Counted from the stretch's first letter, positions 1 to 12,255 are shown. The stretch: 64,000 bases of DNA from an uncultured Paludibaculum sp. (GCF_963665245.2 NZ_CAXXEY010000003.1:1083895-1147894), one strand, 5' to 3'. Notes: a model not told the origin generated them from the sequence alone. Numbers and translations: made by a program.

Positions 1-576
1 GCCCGGATCAGCGAGCTTCGGCCGGATATCGTTCTGCTCGACGTTGAGATGCCCGGATGCCGAGGTACAGAGGTGGCCGCCTCTCTGCCGGAGCCCCGGC
101 CCCACATCATCTTTTGCACCGCCTATGACCGCTACGCCGTCGAGGCCTTCGAGCTGCGAGCCATCGACTACCTGCTCAAACCAGTCAGTCGCGCCCGTTT
201 GGAACAGGCGCTGGCCAAAACGCGTGCCGCCGCCCCCAAGCTGCCCGCGCCCCAGCGATTCCTGGCTCGCGCCGGTGAACGCTACGTCGTCATCCCGGTC
301 GCCGACATCATCGCGTTCCTTTCGGAGTCGAGCCTGACGAAGCTCTGCACGCGCGACCGTGAGTACTGGATGGATCCCACGCTCAACGACCTGGAGGAGC
401 GACTGGGCGAGGCGCATTTCTTTCGCGTCTCGCGCTCCGCGTTGGTCCGGCTGGACGAGATCAAGGAAGTGGCCCCACTGCCCGGGGGCTCCGGCCAGTT
501 GACGCTCAAGACCGGACGCCGCGAAGAGGTGTCGCGCCGGCGGTTCCGGGAGTTGCTCGACCGCCTGGCAATGTAG
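1..576 (+). CDS. LytTR/AlgR-family response regulator (5'-truncated by window)
   Basis: Frame is open from base 1 (ARISELRPDIVLLDVEMPG, receiver Asp); AFELRAIDYLLKP; C-terminal LytTR FFRVSRSALV. Confidence 0.92.
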   Translation, partial: ARISELRPDIVLLDVEMPGCRGTEVAASLPEPRPHIIFCTAYDRYAVEAFELRAIDYLLKPVSRARLEQALAKTRAAAPKLPAPQRFLARAGERYVVIPVADIIAFLSESSLTKLCTRDREYWMDPTLNDLEERLGEAHFFRVSRSALVRLDEIKEVAPLPGGSGQLTLKTGRREEVSRRRFRELLDRLAM

Positions 577-1456
577 CCGTCTCCGTGCCGCGCGAGAGGA
601 CACCGAAGCACAACACGATCCAGACGCCCACGGCCAACGCCAGGTGTAGTATCTGCATCCACACCGGAGCCAGCAGCACGACATTCAATCCGCCCGCCGC
701 CAGTTGCACCACGGTCAACCCCAGCAGCCAGGACTTGGTCCGGCCGGCGAACTTCAATAACGCGGCAAGAATGAGGAATGCACCAGATGCCGACGCAATC
801 ACTGGGTGCACGAGGCGCAGTTGCAGCAGCAGCGGAGCCTCCTTCGAGAACTCCTGGCGCATGCCCTCCCGCAGCGAAACCGCCGGCCAGATCGTGTCGC
901 CGAGCGCTGCCACGACGCCGGTAATGCTGGCGCACAGAGCCACGCCCATGGCCGTCCATAGCAATGCCGGCACCCGGAGCCGGCTCCATCGATCATGTGT
1001 GGCCGACCATCCGCACCACGCGATCGCCCCCAGCAGCAGCAGAGTATTCGTCAGGTGCGCGCACAGATAGAGAGCACGCCCGGCTGAGGCATTCTTTTCG
1101 ACATACGCCAGAAGCACCAGTCCCGCGCCCAGCAGCGCCTCGACAATGATGAAGATCAGTGAGGCCCAGGCCGCCTTGCGCGCCAGATGCCCCTTGGGGA
1201 ATAGCTTGCGGCTCCACACCACCAGCGCGGCAACTCCAATCAGGGCCACGCCGCTGGTGAGCCGGTGTGTGAATTCGATGATCGTGCTCATGGTGGGCGA
1301 CGGCGGCATCACCTCGCCGTTGCACAACGGCCAGTGGCTGCCGCAGCCGGCGCCGGACCCCGAGGCCCGCACAAACGCGCCCCATAGCACGACGAACACA
1401 TTCCACCCCAGCATGGCCCACGCCAGCCGGACGAACGCCTGCACTCGATTGTTCAT
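506..1456 (-). CDS. ctaA: Heme A synthase, COX15/CtaA family
   Basis: GAFVRASGSGAGCGSHWPLCNG, IEFTHRLTSG, further conserved His in TM helices (HLTNT, HPVIA, HLALA). Confidence 0.88.
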   Translation of the reverse strand: MNNRVQAFVRLAWAMLGWNVFVVLWGAFVRASGSGAGCGSHWPLCNGEVMPPSPTMSTIIEFTHRLTSGVALIGVAALVVWSRKLFPKGHLARKAAWASLIFIIVEALLGAGLVLLAYVEKNASAGRALYLCAHLTNTLLLLGAIAWCGWSATHDRWSRLRVPALLWTAMGVALCASITGVVAALGDTIWPAVSLREGMRQEFSKEAPLLLQLRLVHPVIASASGAFLILAALLKFAGRTKSWLLGLTVVQLAAGGLNVVLLAPVWMQILHLALAVGVWIVLCFGVLSRGTETATLPGGRATPGTAGATPLRGVRS

Positions 1457-1477
1457 GACTTTCTACAATGAAACCGT

Positions 1478-2119
1478 ATGCCTTCCACTTTACGGGATGC
1501 GTGGACCTCAAGAGTACAAGTGGAGGACTACGAAGCCCACATGGCCGCCATCGGCCAGGCTCAGGCCAACGCGGCCCATATGGCGGACTTCCTCTCGCGA
1601 GTCGGCGAGCCCGGAGCCCGCCTCCTCATCGCAGGAGCCGGCACGGGCCAGATGTTCGACTACCTCCCGCCGGGCGCCTTCGACAGCTATCGCGCTTTCT
1701 TCACGGATATCAATCCGCGCTTCCTCGCAGCACTGCGCCGGCGCAGCCCCGGTGCGCTCTGTGTCGCCGATGACCTGGAGTCCTCCGCGCTGAAGGGCCC
1801 GTTCCACGCTGCCGCCGCGGTCCTCGTCCTGGAGCACATTCAGTGGCGTCAGGGTCTCGACACCCTGGCCGCCCTAAATCCCCGCTATCTCTTCCTTGTG
1901 CTGCAGCGCAACCCCGAAGGCATGACGACGGCCGTCAGCCCCACGCGCGTCCTGCCCGCCAGCATGCAGAACCTCGGCGGCCAGCACCCCGAACTCGTCG
2001 ACAAAAAGGAAGCGGCCACTCATCTTCAACGCCTTGGCTATGCGCTGATCGAGGAGTGGCCGCGGAATGTACCTGATTCGAAAGTGATGCTGGGACTGCT
2101 GTTCGAGCGCGTCCCTTAG
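1478..2119 (+). CDS. Class I SAM-dependent methyltransferase
   Basis: [10 protein letters not shown] motif I-like, acidic residue after beta2 (FTDIN), VLVLEHI. Confidence 0.75.
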   Translation: MPSTLRDAWTSRVQVEDYEAHMAAIGQAQANAAHMADFLSRVGEPGARLLIAGAGTGQMFDYLPPGAFDSYRAFFTDINPRFLAALRRRSPGALCVADDLESSALKGPFHAAAAVLVLEHIQWRQGLDTLAALNPRYLFLVLQRNPEGMTTAVSPTRVLPASMQNLGGQHPELVDKKEAATHLQRLGYALIEEWPRNVPDSKVMLGLLFERVP

Positions 2120-2889
2120 CCGGCTCCGCCGCCGGCCGACTCTTCCCGGTACGTGGCCGATGCCTTGATGTAATCTCTGTGCATCCGCGCGATGTTCTCG
2201 ATCTTGATGCCCTTCGGACACACGGCTTCGCACTCACCCGTGTTTGTGCAGTAGCCGAAGCCCTCGTCCGTCATTTTCAGAACCATGCGCATCGCCCGGC
2301 GATCACGCTCCGCCTGCCCCTGCGGCAACTGGCCGAGGTGCGAGATCTTCGCCGAGACGAACAAAGACGCCGATGCATTCGGGCACGAAGCCACGCACGC
2401 GCCGCAGCCGATGCAGGCCGCCGCGTCCATCGCCATGTCGGCGCACTTCTTGATCACGGGCAGCGCGTTTCCATCCGGAGCCGACCCGGTGTTCACCGAA
2501 ATGAAGCCGCCCGACGCGATGATGCGGTCGAACGAACTGCGGTCCACCATCAGGTCTTTGATGACGGGGAAGGCCTTCGCCCGGAAAGGCTCCAGCCACA
2601 ATTCGTCCCCATCGTGGAAATGGCGCATGTGCAATTGGCACACCGTGGTGCCACGCTGCGGCCCGTGCGGCACGCCGTCGATCATGAAACCGCAGCAGCC
2701 GCAGATGCCCTCCCGGCAGTCGTGTTCAAACGTGACGGGATCCTCACCCTTCCGGGTGAGCTCTTCGTTCAGGACATCGAGCATCTCGAGAAACGACATG
2801 TGCTCGTTGGCGTTGGGCACCTCATAGCGCACCATCTTGCCCGCGGATGTGGCGTTCTGCTGGCGCCAGATGTTTAGGGTGATCTTCAT
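2116..2889 (-). CDS. sdhB: Succinate dehydrogenase/fumarate reductase iron-sulfur subunit
   Basis: CREGICGCC...C [2Fe-2S]; [12 protein letters not shown] and [12 protein letters not shown] clusters. Confidence 0.97.
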   Translation of the reverse strand: MKITLNIWRQQNATSAGKMVRYEVPNANEHMSFLEMLDVLNEELTRKGEDPVTFEHDCREGICGCCGFMIDGVPHGPQRGTTVCQLHMRHFHDGDELWLEPFRAKAFPVIKDLMVDRSSFDRIIASGGFISVNTGSAPDGNALPVIKKCADMAMDAAACIGCGACVASCPNASASLFVSAKISHLGQLPQGQAERDRRAMRMVLKMTDEGFGYCTNTGECEAVCPKGIKIENIARMHRDYIKASATYREESAGGGAG

Positions 2890-2901
2890 CTTCAGATGCC
2901 T

Positions 2902-4821
<1,920 letters not shown>

Positions 4822-4836
4822 GTGTGTATGCCCTCC

Positions 4837-5523
4837 TTACTTCACGAGCCCGACCAGCACGGCCAGAGGCATGGAAACATTCCCGATCCCGACCACCCAG
4901 CCATAGACCTTCGCCAGCGTCTTCAGCTTCGGTGTGTATTTCGGGTGGTTCACGCCCAAACTCTGGAACATGCTCCAGACGCCGTGGTAGAGGTGGATCG
5001 CCAGCAGGATGTTGGCAATGATGTAGAAGAATGACGCCGCGGGGTTTTGGAAGCCCACGATGACGTTGTGGTAGACGTCACCTTTGATGAACTGGCTGCC
5101 CAAGGCCTGCCCGGTGGTGAAGTGAAGGATGTGATAGATCAGGAACGCGCCCACGATCGGACCGCTCCAGATCATCGTCTTGGCCGCATAGCTCGTCGCA
5201 ATCGTTGCCTTCTTGACGTAGGCCTGCGGACGCGCATCGTTCTTCAGCCGCCACAACTGATATGCAGCCGTGATGTGTAGTACCGCCGCGGACAGCAGCA
5301 CGAACCGCACGAACCACAGCAGTCCGCCCAGGCTTTGCAGCATCTCGGCGTAGTGGTTCAGCTTCTCGGGGCCCTGATAAACCTGCAGGTTCCCGATCAT
5401 GTGGCCAAGCACGAAGCCGCTAAGAATAAAGCCCGTCACGGCCATGACCACTTTCTTGCCAATGACGGACTGATAGAAGGTTGCTGTTCTGTTTAGGCCG
5501 CTGTTGACAGCGATTGAGCTCAT
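4837..5523 (-). CDS. sdhC: Succinate dehydrogenase cytochrome b558 subunit (single diheme-type anchor)
   Basis: SVIGKKVVMAVTG, HMIGNL, HLYHGVWSMFQSLG; first gene of sdhCAB. Confidence 0.93.
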   Translation of the reverse strand: MSSIAVNSGLNRTATFYQSVIGKKVVMAVTGFILSGFVLGHMIGNLQVYQGPEKLNHYAEMLQSLGGLLWFVRFVLLSAAVLHITAAYQLWRLKNDARPQAYVKKATIATSYAAKTMIWSGPIVGAFLIYHILHFTTGQALGSQFIKGDVYHNVIVGFQNPAASFFYIIANILLAIHLYHGVWSMFQSLGVNHPKYTPKLKTLAKVYGWVVGIGNVSMPLAVLVGLVK

Positions 5524-5645
5524 CGAGGCACTCCGTTTTCCCCGGGGACTTATGTGGGGTGTGAGGGGCCATCCCTCCCTGTTACTTGGGATGCCCGGAA
5601 CCCACTATTGTATGCGAAATTTCGGAGTGCGGGGTACGTTGGCAA

Positions 5646-5674
5646 AGCGGGCCCGCTCAGGTGGCGGGCCCGCT
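5646..5674 (-). terminator. GC-rich hairpin, probable terminator after the 5716-6135 gene
   Basis: AGCGGGCCCGC-7 nt loop-GCGGGCCCGCT perfect 11-bp stem; only a short T-run follows on the - strand. Confidence 0.55.
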
Positions 5675-5715
5675 CAGAGGAGGAGAAGTGGTCTTCCGTT
5701 CAGCTCAAACAGTGC

Positions 5716-6135
5716 TTACTTGCGGTTGAGCGCCAGCACCACGCGCTCGGCCGGAGTATCTTTCGCCATCAGCAGTTGGGCGTGAGTCGCCGGAATGCGC
5801 ATCACCGAAGGCGAGCCAACGATCTGCGCCTGCGCCAGCCGATATGTGGAGCCCACGCGTTCGAACACAAGCTTTCCGTCGAAGCGCGACCTCGCTTCGC
5901 CGCCCGGAGCCACGATGATCGCATTCCTGCCTGACTCCTTGCCGGTCAGGAACAACACCGTGCCGCTGTCGGACGTCTCCAATAGGTAGTCGCCCGCCGG
6001 CAGCGAAACACTTGACGCCTCAAAGGCGAAGGGGATGCTCACCCGGGCCGTTGCGCCGAACGCCGGCATCGCCATCGTCAGGCTCATTGCCATCGCGATC
6101 ACACCAAAAATCGTGAATTTCTTCCCAGTAGTCAT
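5716..6135 (-). CDS. Small secreted beta-rich hypothetical protein
   Basis: Sec signal ending AFG-A; IPFAFEAS..LPAGDY motif shared with its neighbour. Confidence 0.8.
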   Translation of the reverse strand: MTTGKKFTIFGVIAMAMSLTMAMPAFGATARVSIPFAFEASSVSLPAGDYLLETSDSGTVLFLTGKESGRNAIIVAPGGEARSRFDGKLVFERVGSTYRLAQAQIVGSPSVMRIPATHAQLLMAKDTPAERVVLALNRK

Positions 6136-6275
6136 GGTCCCGTCTCTCCGTTCTTCTATCCGTTACTTTTCTTGGCTGGGCCGCTTGCCCGGCGGCCCTG
6201 CCGCTAACATCAAGAACGCATCCGCTACCAATTCGTTCGCTCTCGCGAGTCGAATTTACACCCGCGTCATTTGTT

Positions 6276-6623
6276 TCACTTGGAACGCGGCACACCTGCG
6301 CGGATCTCTTTCAGATGGAAGGTGCCATCCTTCTTGGCGAACACCAGGTTCACCTTCTTCTGGTCCGACGGCGTAGCCATGGATCCAGGATTGTAATTCA
6401 CCAGCGCCATTGCCGCTACGCCATTTACCGAGTGCAGCGTCACGACGGGCGAGGTGGGCTGATTGGCAAAGCTGTACTGGCCCGCCGGCAGCTTCTGGCC
6501 CGAAGCCACGAAGTCGAACGGGATGTTTACCCGCACATCCGGAGCGGCCGCTGAGGCCACCATTGAGGTCATCATCATGGCGGCCGTGGCCGCGTAAACA
6601 CACATCGAGCGCAGCGATTTCAT
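6276..6623 (-). CDS. Small secreted beta-rich hypothetical protein, paralogue of 5716-6135
   Basis: Signal peptide ending ASA-A; IPFDFVAS..LPAGQY. Confidence 0.8.
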   Translation of the reverse strand: MKSLRSMCVYAATAAMMMTSMVASAAAPDVRVNIPFDFVASGQKLPAGQYSFANQPTSPVVTLHSVNGVAAMALVNYNPGSMATPSDQKKVNLVFAKKDGTFHLKEIRAGVPRSK

Positions 6624-6755
6624 GGTCTGTTTCTCCAGTTCGTTCAGTGTGAGCCGGACGCTTGTTTCTGCTTCGCGTCCGCCTTCAATGCATTAAACGA
6701 ACGAAACACACGAATAGTTCGCTACGCTCCAAATGTGTTCGAAGTGTAAAACTCC

Positions 6756-7853
6756 TTACGCCATGACCCGGGCGAAGGCTGTTTTGAATTTCTCCATCTC
6801 TTCCCTGGTGCCCACGGTCACGCGGACATGTGTCGGCCAGATGGGCCACGAACGGCCGATGTACACATTCTGCTTAGCCATGGCCGCGATCACTTCGCGC
6901 GCCGGACGCTTTACGTCCACCATGAACTTGTTACTCACGGAGGGCACAAAGGAGTATCCCTTTTGCGTCATCCACGAGAACACGCCTTCTCGCACATCGT
7001 GCGTATACTTCTTCCTCTGCGGCACCAGGTCCTTCACCGAAAGACTGACGGAAGCTCCCACCATGCCCGTAGACGGCGTATAACCCGTCCCGAAGCCCAT
7101 CATCTTGCCCAACAGATCCGGCCTCCCAAACGCCGCACCAGCACGTAATCCGGCCATGCCATAGATCTTCGAAAACGTGCGCAGAACGATGACGTCCTTG
7201 CCCGCCGCCACCATATCCGTGCACGGCTTCGCATCGCTGAAGTGGATGTACGCTTCGTCCACCATCACGATGCTACCGGCCGGCTTGTTCTTCACCAGAT
7301 ACTCGATGTCCTCGCGCGCCGTCAGCGTGCCGGTCGGGTTGTTCGGATTGCAGAGATAGAAGACGCCCGCGTCGCTGCCGCCCGCGGCCAGCATGGCCTT
7401 CACGTCGTGCGCATAGCTCTTCGTCAACGGCACTCGATGTACCGGAGCGCCAAGGAACTGCGCCGCCCGCTCGCCCGCCTCGTAGCCCGGATTCGCCACC
7501 ACGAAGCTCCGCGACGGCGAACAGAAAGCCAGCACCGTGCGATGGAGCGGATCGCTCGAACCCGCGAACGCCCGAGCGTAATCTTCAGGCAGTCCTTCCT
7601 GTTGCGCCAGCGTTCGCGACAGTTTGATCGTCTCGCCGAAGAGATACCGCCCACCGCGCTTCAGGATGCCGTTCATGGCCTCCAGCGCTTCGGGACATGG
7701 CCCCAGCGGATTCTCATTCGCGTTCAACATCACCGCGTCGGCCGCGGGTTCGCCCACGAAGCTCAACTGCGCCAGCGCGGATTCGGAAAGGATGGTCAGC
7801 GCGGAGGCAACGCCCCCGAACGCACGTCTTGATAGAGCCCAGCTTTGTCCCAT
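6756..7853 (-). CDS. HisC-like class I/II PLP aminotransferase with Tat signal
   Basis: LSRRAFGG twin-Arg leader; NANENPLGP, CNPNNPTG, VDEAY, RTFSKIYGMAGLRAG. Confidence 0.9.
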   Translation of the reverse strand: MGQSWALSRRAFGGVASALTILSESALAQLSFVGEPAADAVMLNANENPLGPCPEALEAMNGILKRGGRYLFGETIKLSRTLAQQEGLPEDYARAFAGSSDPLHRTVLAFCSPSRSFVVANPGYEAGERAAQFLGAPVHRVPLTKSYAHDVKAMLAAGGSDAGVFYLCNPNNPTGTLTAREDIEYLVKNKPAGSIVMVDEAYIHFSDAKPCTDMVAAGKDVIVLRTFSKIYGMAGLRAGAAFGRPDLLGKMMGFGTGYTPSTGMVGASVSLSVKDLVPQRKKYTHDVREGVFSWMTQKGYSFVPSVSNKFMVDVKRPAREVIAAMAKQNVYIGRSWPIWPTHVRVTVGTREEMEKFKTAFARVMA

Positions 7854-8632
7854 TTTTCGATAATCCCTTTGACCAAGTCTGCCATCCGTTCTACCACCGC
7901 CTGGAAATAAACGGAAGCCTTGGCCTTATCGAACCGGACCGAGCCCTGCCCCGGCTGATACAGGATCACCGGAGTTGGGAATGGATACGCCGCCCATGTG
8001 CCCGCCGCCGGACGCGGAGTTTCCAGCTCTTTCGAGTACAGTTCCGGATGCACCAGCTTCTCGTCGATTGCCTGGATGAACGCAGTCTCGTTCCAGCCTG
8101 CGTGCCCGCCGTCTTCCCCGAATACCTTCAAGGTGACATCGCTGCAGATGGCCCACCAGTTCGTCACCAACATCCGAACACGCTGCTCGCGGCCGACCTT
8201 TTCCGCGATGTCGTTCAGAATCGCGGTCTGCGGCCCGCCGTGCCCGTTGATGACGATGATGTTGCGGAACCCGTTCCGTGCCAGGCCAGTGAAGATGTCA
8301 GTGACGAACGCCCGGTAGGCGGGCTCGGAGATCTGGAACGTCCCGGAGTACCCATCCAGACTGCCGGTCACGCCATAGTTCAACGGCGGCGCCACCAGTG
8401 CATTCAGCTTGGGTGCCATGGCTCTCGCCAGGGCGAGCGGCGCCGTATTGTCGGCCCCGTTATTGACCACCCCGTGAGCCTCCACCGTACCGGTGGGCAG
8501 CAGCACCGTCTGGATCTGCGCCGGAACCAACCGGCGGTACTCCATCCAGTTCAGATCGTTCAGTTCACGCGTGGACTGAGCCGGCAGGGTCAGCGCGGCC
8601 AGAAAAATGATCGCAGCGAGTCTGTGTACCAT
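7796..8632 (-). CDS. Creatininase-family amidohydrolase with signal peptide
   Basis: PTGTVEAHG, GADNT, INGHGGP, GGHAGWNETA; hydrophobic leader ending LPA-Q. Confidence 0.88.
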   Translation of the reverse strand: MVHRLAAIIFLAALTLPAQSTRELNDLNWMEYRRLVPAQIQTVLLPTGTVEAHGVVNNGADNTAPLALARAMAPKLNALVAPPLNYGVTGSLDGYSGTFQISEPAYRAFVTDIFTGLARNGFRNIIVINGHGGPQTAILNDIAEKVGREQRVRMLVTNWWAICSDVTLKVFGEDGGHAGWNETAFIQAIDEKLVHPELYSKELETPRPAAGTWAAYPFPTPVILYQPGQGSVRFDKAKASVYFQAVVERMADLVKGIIEKWDKAGLYQDVRSGALPPR

Positions 8633-8662
8633 GGCAATTGCCTTCCATGGTACATGCCCGCC

Positions 8663-9496
8663 TTAGTCCTCAATCGAGAACGAAGGTGCCTTCCGCAGGG
8701 GCCGGGCGCTGCACCGCGCAATCACCTGCTTCGCAATTGCGTAGAACCCTTCCGCCTGCGGCTCCTGCTCGCCCATCAGCGCGATGGGCCGCCCCGTATC
8801 CCCGCCAATGCGCACCTGCGGATTCAACGGCAGTTCGCCCAGGAACGGAATATCCATGGCCTCCGCCGTGCGGCGCCCGCCGCCTTCGCCGAAGATGTCC
8901 ACCTTCTGGCCGGTGCCCGGCACAATCAGGTAGCTCATGTTCTCCACCAGGCCCAGCAGTTCCACCTTCACCTGACGGAACATCAGGACGGCCTTCCGGC
9001 CATCCTCCAGAGCTACTTCAGAGGGAGTACTCACGACAATCGCGCCGGTAATTGGCGCGGTTTGGATCAGGCTCAACGCCACGTCGCCGGTGCCGGGCGG
9101 CAGGTCGATCAGCAGGAAGTCCAGCTCGCCCCAATCCACCTGGCGCATGAACTGCTGCATCACGCTGTGCAGCATCGGTCCGCGCCAGATCAGCGGCTTG
9201 TCGCCAGGATTCAGAAACCCCATCGACATCAGCTTCACGCCATGCTGCTCCAGTGGCTGGATCCGGTTCTCCACGGCATAGGGCGTGTCATGGATGCCCA
9301 TCATGAGTGGCACATTCGGACCGTAGACATCGGCGTCCAATAGGCCCACCTTCTGGCCGAGCTGCGCCATCGCGATAGCCAGATTCACCGAAACCGTGGT
9401 TTTGCCCACGCCCCCTTTGCCGGAGCCGATTGTGATCAGATTCCTGACGCCGTCAATCGGCATCTTCGGGGGTTCGTTCTGCGGAGGCATGCCCAT
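8663..9496 (-). CDS. mrp: Mrp/NBP35 (ApbC) Fe-S cluster carrier ATPase, short form
   Basis: GSGKGGVGKTT, DADVYGPN, WRGPM, DLPPGTGD, ENMS. Confidence 0.93.
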   Translation of the reverse strand: MGMPPQNEPPKMPIDGVRNLITIGSGKGGVGKTTVSVNLAIAMAQLGQKVGLLDADVYGPNVPLMMGIHDTPYAVENRIQPLEQHGVKLMSMGFLNPGDKPLIWRGPMLHSVMQQFMRQVDWGELDFLLIDLPPGTGDVALSLIQTAPITGAIVVSTPSEVALEDGRKAVLMFRQVKVELLGLVENMSYLIVPGTGQKVDIFGEGGGRRTAEAMDIPFLGELPLNPQVRIGGDTGRPIALMGEQEPQAEGFYAIAKQVIARCSARPLRKAPSFSIED

Positions 9497-9519
9497 AAGC
9501 CTTTAGTGTACCGTCCTGG

Positions 9520-11454
9520 CTACTTCTGGACGAACGCCCACAACTCCGCCGCATGATCCACAACCCTCTGGCGGTCGCGCTCCAGCAGGAAGCGCGACTT
9601 CACCAACTTGTCCGCCTCCACGCCGACTTTCTTCAGATACTCGCCCCTGCTCCCGTACCGCTGGACGATCGCCGCCTTATCGAACGCAAAGAACGAACCC
9701 AGCGTCGGGGCCATCTCCCGTGGTGCCCCCACCGCCGCAGTCCGCATATTCCAGCCCGTGAACGTCCCCAGCGGCACGGCCACCTCCGGCATCCGGATCC
9801 CGCCCAACTCATTCCCGTCCGCATCCACCTGGGGCACCAGCACTGGGAACGGTTTGCCCACCTTCGGCGGCTCCATCGTGATCACGCCAGTCGTTTCCCA
9901 GTCCGGACCATACGAGATGTTGTAGGCGACTTTCGGATGTTCAGGCAACGCCGCCTTCATCGACTTCGGCCAGTTCACCTTGTCGGGCCTCACAAGTTGC
10001 CCTTCCGTAATCAGCGGATACTGCGAAGCCGGCGGCTCCTTGCCTTCTTTGATCCAGGCCTGCATCGCGTCTAACAAAGCCCGCTGCAAAGGACGGTGGT
10101 CGTTCGGATTTAGCGGATACTGCGCGCTCGGGAGCATGTTGGGCAGTCGCCCCGGACCATGCTGCGATCCCGACACCACATACAGTCGCGTATCCGGCGA
10201 CATCGGCGCGTCCATCTTGCCGTCCACACTTACATGAATCAGGGCCGCGCACCGATTCCAGTACTCCCACGAGCCATTCGTGTAGAAAATCTTCGGCATT
10301 GTCGCCGGTTTCACCGCCATCAGCAAACCGTTCGGACTGCCAGTCTCCGGATCGTTCTGCGGCACATCCGTAAACGGAAAAACATCGGTCGGATACAGCG
10401 TATTGAAGTGCGCATACCCGTCCCGCGACGCCTGCCCGAACCGGAAGTTGAAGCTGCCGCGGCCCGCGCCGCCCACATCGGCCCAGACTCCGTCAAAGAC
10501 CTTTCGTCCCTTCTCGTCCTCGTTGAACCCGGAGTACAAGAACGTCCGCAGAAAACGCCCGCTCTGCGATATGCCGAACCCGATAGACCGCTTGATGAAC
10601 CGCCGCTGGTCCGCCAGCAGCGTCTCCGTCCCGCCGTACTTCATGAACGAGATGGCATCGCGCACCGCCGCCAGCCCTAACCCTTCCACGCGAGGATTCT
10701 CGGCCTGGTACACCACTTCGTAGATCTGCCCTGGCTGGAAACCGGACTCCATCTCGATCCCCGTCCGGTTGTCATTGAACTTCCACTGCGAGCTCACAAT
10801 CGTTTTCCGCGCCGCCAAAACCGTGGGTCTCACTGTCAGTGTTGCCGTCGTGCTGATGGCCGCGTACGTCGTGTGCTTTCGGTCCGACAGCGCCATCATG
10901 TTGGTCCTGGTGTCCGGGATGAACTCCGCTCGCACCAACCCGCGAATCGGTTGTCCCGCCAGCGTGGCAATGGGACTATCCAGCCGCAGCAACTTGTCGC
11001 CCGGAGGCGTATCCCACTGCCATCCCAGCCACATCAGCGTGTACCCCTGCTCCAGCAGGTTCATGTCACCAAACTCGTCATCGGTCCGCGGATCCGCTGA
11101 CCCTTTGGCGTAATTGAAGCGCGACAGCATGCCCTTGCCGCCCCGGTTCGACACCTCGAACAACACGGTGCCGTTGCCCTTCGCCGGATCGCGCGGCTTC
11201 AGAATGTAAAGGTCGGAAGTGAACTCGACCAGCCCGTGCTCGTTTCTCGTAGCCAGATCGAGATCGTGGACGGCTTTGTTTTGCGGAAGCGCCGGGTCCA
11301 CCGCGAATTGGACCTTGGCGATGATCCGTTCGTACGGGCCCGCTGGACCGGTCGACCGTCCGCCCAGCACATCGCTCCTCTCCACCATGTTGACGCTGAC
11401 TACACCCGCGCAAAGTGGCAGCGCGCAAAACAGGACAATTCCGGAAAGTCGCAA
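9520..11454 (-). CDS. Secreted alpha/beta-hydrolase-domain protein
   Basis: Signal peptide; GISQSG nucleophile elbow; FEVSNRGGK, GWQWD, GGIRMPEVAVP typical of this family. Confidence 0.8.
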   Translation of the reverse strand: MRLSGIVLFCALPLCAGVVSVNMVERSDVLGGRSTGPAGPYERIIAKVQFAVDPALPQNKAVHDLDLATRNEHGLVEFTSDLYILKPRDPAKGNGTVLFEVSNRGGKGMLSRFNYAKGSADPRTDDEFGDMNLLEQGYTLMWLGWQWDTPPGDKLLRLDSPIATLAGQPIRGLVRAEFIPDTRTNMMALSDRKHTTYAAISTTATLTVRPTVLAARKTIVSSQWKFNDNRTGIEMESGFQPGQIYEVVYQAENPRVEGLGLAAVRDAISFMKYGGTETLLADQRRFIKRSIGFGISQSGRFLRTFLYSGFNEDEKGRKVFDGVWADVGGAGRGSFNFRFGQASRDGYAHFNTLYPTDVFPFTDVPQNDPETGSPNGLLMAVKPATMPKIFYTNGSWEYWNRCAALIHVSVDGKMDAPMSPDTRLYVVSGSQHGPGRLPNMLPSAQYPLNPNDHRPLQRALLDAMQAWIKEGKEPPASQYPLITEGQLVRPDKVNWPKSMKAALPEHPKVAYNISYGPDWETTGVITMEPPKVGKPFPVLVPQVDADGNELGGIRMPEVAVPLGTFTGWNMRTAAVGAPREMAPTLGSFFAFDKAAIVQRYGSRGEYLKKVGVEADKLVKSRFLLERDRQRVVDHAAELWAFVQK

Positions 11455-11545
11455 ATGTCGGCTCCTCAGCTCACGATTCTATCCGACCCGGGCTATGCCG
11501 CCCCGGCAGTGGTCACGTCGGCCGGCAGAACCTTGGGCGAAACCC

Positions 11546-12184
11546 CTACCGTCCGCCGCTCAGTTTCTTCTCATCCGCCCGCAGCGACGCCAGAACCTCG
11601 GGCACAGTGGCCTTGTCCAGGGCAGCCACGGTCGAACCAATCCGGCCTTTCACCGCCGCCGCTAGGATCCCCTCCTGTTTGGCCCGGTTCGACCGCGTCG
11701 GCCCAGGGACTGACTCATCCCATTTCCGCAGTTCCGCGGCTGCGGTGGCGCCGGCTGCTCCACCGGTCTCGGCCTTTGACAGCCGCGCGATCAACTCCTT
11801 CACCGTCGTCAACACCTGCTTGCGGCGCTCCACCAGCACCGTGACCCTTTCCGTACCGGCCGTCGACCCGTCCGCGAATACGGCCGCCTGCATCTTCACA
11901 TACTCCGGCGCCGCTCCCACTGTCATGTTAGTAATCGGAATACGGCGCTCTTCGCCCGGCTTGATCGGCTCGGCCGTTGTCTCATCCTGCCAGAACGCAA
12001 ACCAGCTCCCCGGATAGTTCACCAGTTCGATCATGTACGACACCACCGGTTGCGATGAGGTATTGCGGATTCTGAGCACCGATCCAGCGTCCACCGCTTC
12101 CACCTTCAACTCCGGCAAATTCGATTGCGCCGCGCACACCGCCATCGAAACCAGCAGAGACGCGGCTAGTTGTTTGGGTGACAT
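11546..12184 (-). CDS. Secreted hypothetical protein
   Basis: 212 aa ORF with signal peptide (VCA-AQ), host-like codon usage. Confidence 0.7.
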   Translation of the reverse strand: MSPKQLAASLLVSMAVCAAQSNLPELKVEAVDAGSVLRIRNTSSQPVVSYMIELVNYPGSWFAFWQDETTAEPIKPGEERRIPITNMTVGAAPEYVKMQAAVFADGSTAGTERVTVLVERRKQVLTTVKELIARLSKAETGGAAGATAAAELRKWDESVPGPTRSNRAKQEGILAAAVKGRIGSTVAALDKATVPEVLASLRADEKKLSGGR

Positions 12185-12204
12185 CGGTAGCTATTATCCA
12201 CACA

Positions 12205-12239
12205 AACTGGCTGACATGCCAGTTGACAAGCGATACACT
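12205..12239 (+). promoter_or_regulatory. Sigma70-like promoter with overlapping inverted repeat
   Basis: CTGACA(12211-16)-17 bp-TACACT(12234-39); AACTGG-N8-CCAGTT palindrome spans the -35 box. Confidence 0.55.
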
Positions 12240-12255
12240 GTCTGGGGTTCAGCCT

